In this document: in pieces, positions 60,737 to 64,000 of the stretch
Position numbering within the stretch: position 1 is the stretch's first letter
Layout of the letters: each line of letters opens with the position of its first letter
Source: a virus
Reading direction: 5' to 3' (one strand)
IMG/VR virus record: IMGVR_UViG_3300042902_000064
Location: 1 to 64,000 of that record
Length of the DNA stretch: 64,000 nt
Notes under the pieces: generated by a model
The model's database searches: none
What the model saw: only the letters and a program-made list of their open reading frames with translations
What the model was told of the DNA's origin: nothing
Made by a program: the position numbers and the translations under genes

Positions 60737-61627
60737 CTAGAATGGTAGGTTATCTGTAATAGGCTTAGTTTTAGAGCCGCGCATAACCTCATGAATCTCA
60801 TCAGAGTCAACATCTATACTCTCTGGCATATTGTCCCAGTTATGAATATCTAGTATCATATTAGGAGAACGTTTAACGCTGTTAGCCATATATGTTTGTA
60901 GTAGTATTCTAAAGGTATTAGTTACTAGTGCTCTATTTTTGAGCAGGTTAGCAACTAAGTTCTCTGCTTCTTCATCATCTTCAACTACTATAGAACTTAC
61001 TAGAGCATCTATTGCGGCAGTAAGCATCCCGTAAGTGCTTGCTCCTTTAGTGACGCCTTCTTTATTAGTTAATCCCGCATCCCGTAGCTTCGCTACGTTT
61101 GGCGCTATGTATTTCTCTATAACCTCTGGAGTAAATATATCCCTAGCAGGCAGTATAAACTCTAAACCTTTACCAAGTGCTAAAGCCATACGACTATCTT
61201 CCTTATCCCACGCCTCATAAGGTATATCATTATATAGTTTATGAGCGTATAGAAACTTAGGAACAAAGCCGCTTGTCTTATCTGTCATAGATCCCTTTCC
61301 TGCTATCTCCCCAGGATTAGCTTTACCCATGAAATTTACTAAGTGTGCTAGAAATACAGGATCTAAGGTCTCCCCCTGCTTAGTCACTAGGCTTTTCATC
61401 TGCCACAAAGCCTCTAAAGTTTTGCTAACACTATATAACTGCCCAGTCTCCTCTCTTACGAGAGGTATATGGGCAAATAGGCTCAAACACCCAGTCGCTA
61501 TACCATAACTATCACACAGTACTTTAAGCTGAGGGGCACGTACTTTACTGTCTCTATTTTGTACTAGATTCATAGCCTTTTCAATAGGGAATCTAGTAGC
61601 TAGTAAGTTTACTTGTTTTGTTTTCAT
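60737..61627 (-). CDS. hypothetical 296-aa protein ending in an SSB-tip-like ...DNLPF
   Basis: ORF in the track. No enzymatic motif recognised. The C-terminus TKPITDNLPF resembles the tails of the helicase (PDDLPF) and the SSB-like protein (DDDIPM). Confidence 0.65.
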   Translation of the reverse strand: MKTKQVNLLATRFPIEKAMNLVQNRDSKVRAPQLKVLCDSYGIATGCLSLFAHIPLVREETGQLYSVSKTLEALWQMKSLVTKQGETLDPVFLAHLVNFMGKANPGEIAGKGSMTDKTSGFVPKFLYAHKLYNDIPYEAWDKEDSRMALALGKGLEFILPARDIFTPEVIEKYIAPNVAKLRDAGLTNKEGVTKGASTYGMLTAAIDALVSSIVVEDDEEAENLVANLLKNRALVTNTFRILLQTYMANSVKRSPNMILDIHNWDNMPESIDVDSDEIHEVMRGSKTKPITDNLPF

Positions 61628-61640
61628 TAATCTTCTCTAT

Positions 61641-61700
61641 ATCTAGAATAGGTTATTGTATCTAGAATTTTTATATCTAGAATAGTGTGTTATCTAGAAT
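61641..61700. promoter_or_regulatory. four spaced copies of ATCTAGAAT (TCTAGA palindrome core) upstream of gene 60737-61627
   Basis: Copies at 61641, 61660, 61675 and 61692. A fifth, TTCTAGAAT, lies at 60735-60743 and overlaps the stop codon of the same gene. Confidence 0.5.
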
Positions 61701-61790
61701 GGTACTTCATTGATTAGCGTAGAAAGTTTAAATACGCAAGAAAGCCTAAACAGCAAAGTATAGGCGTAAATTTAATTGTATAAATAATGT

Positions 61791-61836
61791 GGGAAGTCTT
61801 ATTAGCTCCATTTAAGTTAATAAGACTTCCCTTTTT
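61791..61836 (+). terminator. perfect 14-bp-stem hairpin with T5 on the + strand
   Basis: gggaagtcttatta (61791-61804) / taataagacttccc (61818-61831), then ttttt. Confidence 0.6.
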
Positions 61837-61916
61837 AGTATCTTTAGTAGTATGGTTAGGTTTTAATTTTTATTACCGATCATTTTACGTAGTTATGGCT
61901 TTGGGCTTGTAATCTA

Positions 61917-62049
61917 ACAAACTAGAGCAACCTGCCCCTAATGAAAGAAGTAGGGAAGAAAGAACATAGTAAAAATCTCTCCTTCCTTTGAGTTCCATGC
62001 AAGATTTTTTAGTTCTTCCCCTCCGTCTTTAGGAGGTTTGCTCGTTTGT
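61917..62049. other. 133-nt nested imperfect hairpin (structured RNA or processing-site candidate)
   Basis: Nested helices: 61917-61922/62044-62049, 61925-61930/62038-62043, 61944-61948/62026-62030, 61953-61958/62015-62020, 61971-61978/62002-62009. Confidence 0.5.
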
Positions 62050-62076
62050 GATTATTGTTTTTCAAATTATATAAAT

Positions 62077-62105
62077 ATTATACCATATTAATTTACAAAA
62101 GTCAA
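62077..62105 (-). promoter_or_regulatory. sigma-70-like promoter TTGACT-17-TATAAT on the - strand
   Basis: TTGACT (62105-62100), 17-nt spacer, TATAAT (62082-62077). It fires into the structured region at 61917-62049. Confidence 0.65.
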
Positions 62106-62200
62106 TACTTTACCTAAATATCTTAGCTAAATCTTTAATTCTGAGTCTGGATACTTTGTTTTGGTTAGCTTCTTAGATTGATCGAGTACTCGAAAATTTA

Positions 62201-62572
62201 CTAAATTAGTGTTAGCTTAGAGTTAGGAAGGTGCTTCACAAACCAAGAGCCTGCGGTTATTTGACTTAGCTCACTCTCTGATACTCCTAGCGTATTTACC
62301 TGCCCATGATAAATACTACCCGTTCTAATATTAACTAGCGTAGCTCCTCTTTCACTGCGTGCTAGAATGTAGATATTTCCAGTCTGCTCATTTTCAAACA
62401 AACTACCAAACTCATAAGACTTAGTTGCTTGAGGTAGTACAACTCCTACTGGTAAGAGTATAAGGTTTGCCCCTATTTGCTCAAACTTGCTGGTTAATGT
62501 ATTAGATGCAGCATTCGAGAGGTGTTGGTGCACCTCCACAACGTAAGTTTTTCCTGGTACTATTTCTTGCAT
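62201..62572 (-). CDS. hypothetical protein
   Basis: ORF in the track, in a tightly overlapping - strand operon. Confidence 0.5.
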   Translation of the reverse strand: MQEIVPGKTYVVEVHQHLSNAASNTLTSKFEQIGANLILLPVGVVLPQATKSYEFGSLFENEQTGNIYILARSERGATLVNIRTGSIYHGQVNTLGVSESELSQITAGSWFVKHLPNSKLTLI

Positions 62573-62868
62573 AGTAGTTTTACTCCTTCTGGTGGTAATG
62601 CTTCGATTGCTGCTAGAACTTCGTTCGCTTCATCTTCTGTTAGATAACCAAGTACATCATCTGTGATTGGTGTATCATACGTGATTTCATTATTGCTGTC
62701 TATTACTGCGATTTCATACGGACTATCTGCTGTAGAATAGAACATATCTCCAGTAACAACACTAGCTGAGTAACCATTAGCGAACTTAACTTTTGCTTTA
62801 GAGCCCCCTAAACCTCCAGGATGAGAGTCAAAATCTAGTTCATTAATTTTCATCTTTATTATCCTCAT
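62560..62868 (-). CDS. hypothetical protein
   Basis: ORF in the track, overlapping its neighbours. Confidence 0.5.
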   Translation of the reverse strand: MRIIKMKINELDFDSHPGGLGGSKAKVKFANGYSASVVTGDMFYSTADSPYEIAVIDSNNEITYDTPITDDVLGYLTEDEANEVLAAIEALPPEGVKLLCKK

Positions 62869-63241
62869 AGAGTAGGTTTAGTTGCAAGAGTACTTCAACC
62901 TGGGCTGACGTATAGTTAGGAACTTCTTCCCACCCGTATAATGTAACTCCATAGTATGCATCTTCGTAAGGGGTGTATTGATCATTTTCAGCGTCATTCA
63001 TATCACCCCTAGTTCTAGTAATTCTTTGCATTACAGTTTCTGTAGAGTAAGAATCATCCTCAGTGCTGAAATCTATTAAATCCTCTAGGTCTTCGTAAAG
63101 TCCATGGGTTATCTTATTTATTAGCTTAGCCATTTCTTCATCGCTGTCTGCTAATGTGAAGAATAGTAACCCATCCTTTGAGCCTCTAGGTGCGAAATGC
63201 TCGAAGTTTACTCTATATAGTTTCATTTTCTGAGTCCTCAA
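62843..63241 (-). CDS. hypothetical acidic protein
   Basis: ORF in the track. Confidence 0.5.
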   Translation of the reverse strand: MRTQKMKLYRVNFEHFAPRGSKDGLLFFTLADSDEEMAKLINKITHGLYEDLEDLIDFSTEDDSYSTETVMQRITRTRGDMNDAENDQYTPYEDAYYGVTLYGWEEVPNYTSAQVEVLLQLNLLYEDNKDEN

Positions 63242-63419
63242 CTATTAAATCTAGTATTTCTACTATTTCTCTAACTACTTTATTAGTGTCCTCAGCCCCA
63301 CAGAGACACGGCTCATTATACTTCAACATTTGAGGGGTACAGTAGCTATCATGTTCTACCATTAAACCAATTGCTAACTGGGAAACGTGTCCTAGTAAAT
63401 ATACTTGTGGTGCGTTCAT
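63213..63419 (-). CDS. hypothetical small protein
   Basis: ORF in the track. Confidence 0.45.
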   Translation of the reverse strand: MNAPQVYLLGHVSQLAIGLMVEHDSYCTPQMLKYNEPCLCGAEDTNKVVREIVEILDLIVEDSENETI

Positions 63420-63616
63420 GTTATGTTTCCTTGTCTAATTAGTTGTTCAAATGTTGCGAATAGTCTATTGAATTTAATCTCATAAATACTTTCCACACCA
63501 ATCAAAGCATTAAGTAGTTTATCACTATCTTCTGCTAAGTCTTGTAGGTAGTTAAGGTCTTTAGTAACTTCCCAACAGTCTTGAATTTGTTGTTCTAAAT
63601 CGAATCTATCTATCAT
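63416..63616 (-). CDS. hypothetical small protein
   Basis: ORF in the track, with an AAGGGGAAG SD. Confidence 0.45.
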   Translation of the reverse strand: MIDRFDLEQQIQDCWEVTKDLNYLQDLAEDSDKLLNALIGVESIYEIKFNRLFATFEQLIRQGNIT

Positions 63617-63742
63617 TTTGCTTCCCCTTGCAAACTCAATATACTTGCATACTCAATGCTGTAGTTCTTCTTGTGTTAAATTAAGCATATTATTACTCAT
63701 TTACTTAGCCTCCATTTTGTTACGTGCTCTACGAATAATCGG

Positions 63743-63979
63743 TCAGTCCTGCTCATTTATCTTCTCCTTACCACTAAGTATTAACTTGCTGTTAGATGGG
63801 TAACATAAGACATATCCATCCCCAACTCTGGGGGTATGCTCGATTCTTTGCTTGAACATAAGACCTCTAGCTTCATGTATAAAGTGAGCATAAACCCTTC
63901 TAAATCCTTCCATATCACTCACCTTCCTTATTGATGCTGTTTCATAATTGCTCGCAAAACTCAAGTGCTGAGATAGCAA
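63743..63979 (-). CDS. hypothetical small protein
   Basis: ORF in the track. Confidence 0.4.
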   Translation of the reverse strand: MLSQHLSFASNYETASIRKVSDMEGFRRVYAHFIHEARGLMFKQRIEHTPRVGDGYVLCYPSNSKLILSGKEKINEQD

Positions 63980-64000
63980 CTGATTTTAATGAACCACCAT

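Noticed and set aside
1-64000. tRNA or rRNA genes (T5-type phages often carry tRNA clusters)
   Set aside because: Visual scanning of the intergenic regions found no T-loop (GGTTCGAATCC-like) or cloverleaf signatures. This is not an exhaustive search.

Overview
This window reads as a contiguous piece of a large, AT-rich, T5-like siphophage genome. All calls come from motif recognition by eye; I ran no BLAST, HMM or folding. It falls into three blocks.

(i) 1-17.7 kb, + strand: DNA replication, recombination and nucleotide metabolism. It holds a split NAD+ ligase, DnaB-like helicase, DnaG-type primase, family-A polymerase, SF2 helicase, SSB-like protein, SbcD/SbcC, Hjc-like resolvase, FEN, ClpP-like protease, dUTPase and class II RNR. 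It ends in three stacked terminators.

(ii) 17.96-55.0 kb, - strand: virion and lysis genes. These are TerS/TerL, portal, a protease-scaffold-capsid single ORF, connector, a T5 pb6-like tube protein, G/GT chaperones, tape measure, a lambda M-L-K-I-J-like tip, and fibre genes. The operon ends with a translationally coupled patatin phospholipase + lipoprotein pair. Two paralogous HNH endonucleases interrupt this block. An ~8-kb promoter-delimited set of unknown large proteins plus an M15 endolysin sits between terminase and portal.

(iii) 55.0-64 kb: a repeat-dense, partly ORF-free region resembling a T5-type pre-early / first-step-transfer end. It has three parts:
- a GATC-rich 2.5-kb + strand cassette (DNA-binding-like protein, membrane protein, DEDDh exonuclease, NT5C-like deoxyribonucleotidase, two ~28-aa hydrophobic mini-ORFs);
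- about 1 kb with no ORF;
- a - strand operon of small unknown genes.

The most unusual signal is in block (iii). Two inward-facing tandem arrays (about 5 x 28 bp and 5 x 26 bp), plus solitary copies, have cores that match the sigma-54 -24/-12 promoter consensus (TGGCAYG-N4-TTGC). They bracket the cassette. Next to them lie an 89-nt perfect-stem hairpin and 15 tandem GTCAA-T4-TTGAC operators. I found no tRNA, rRNA or CRISPR array.
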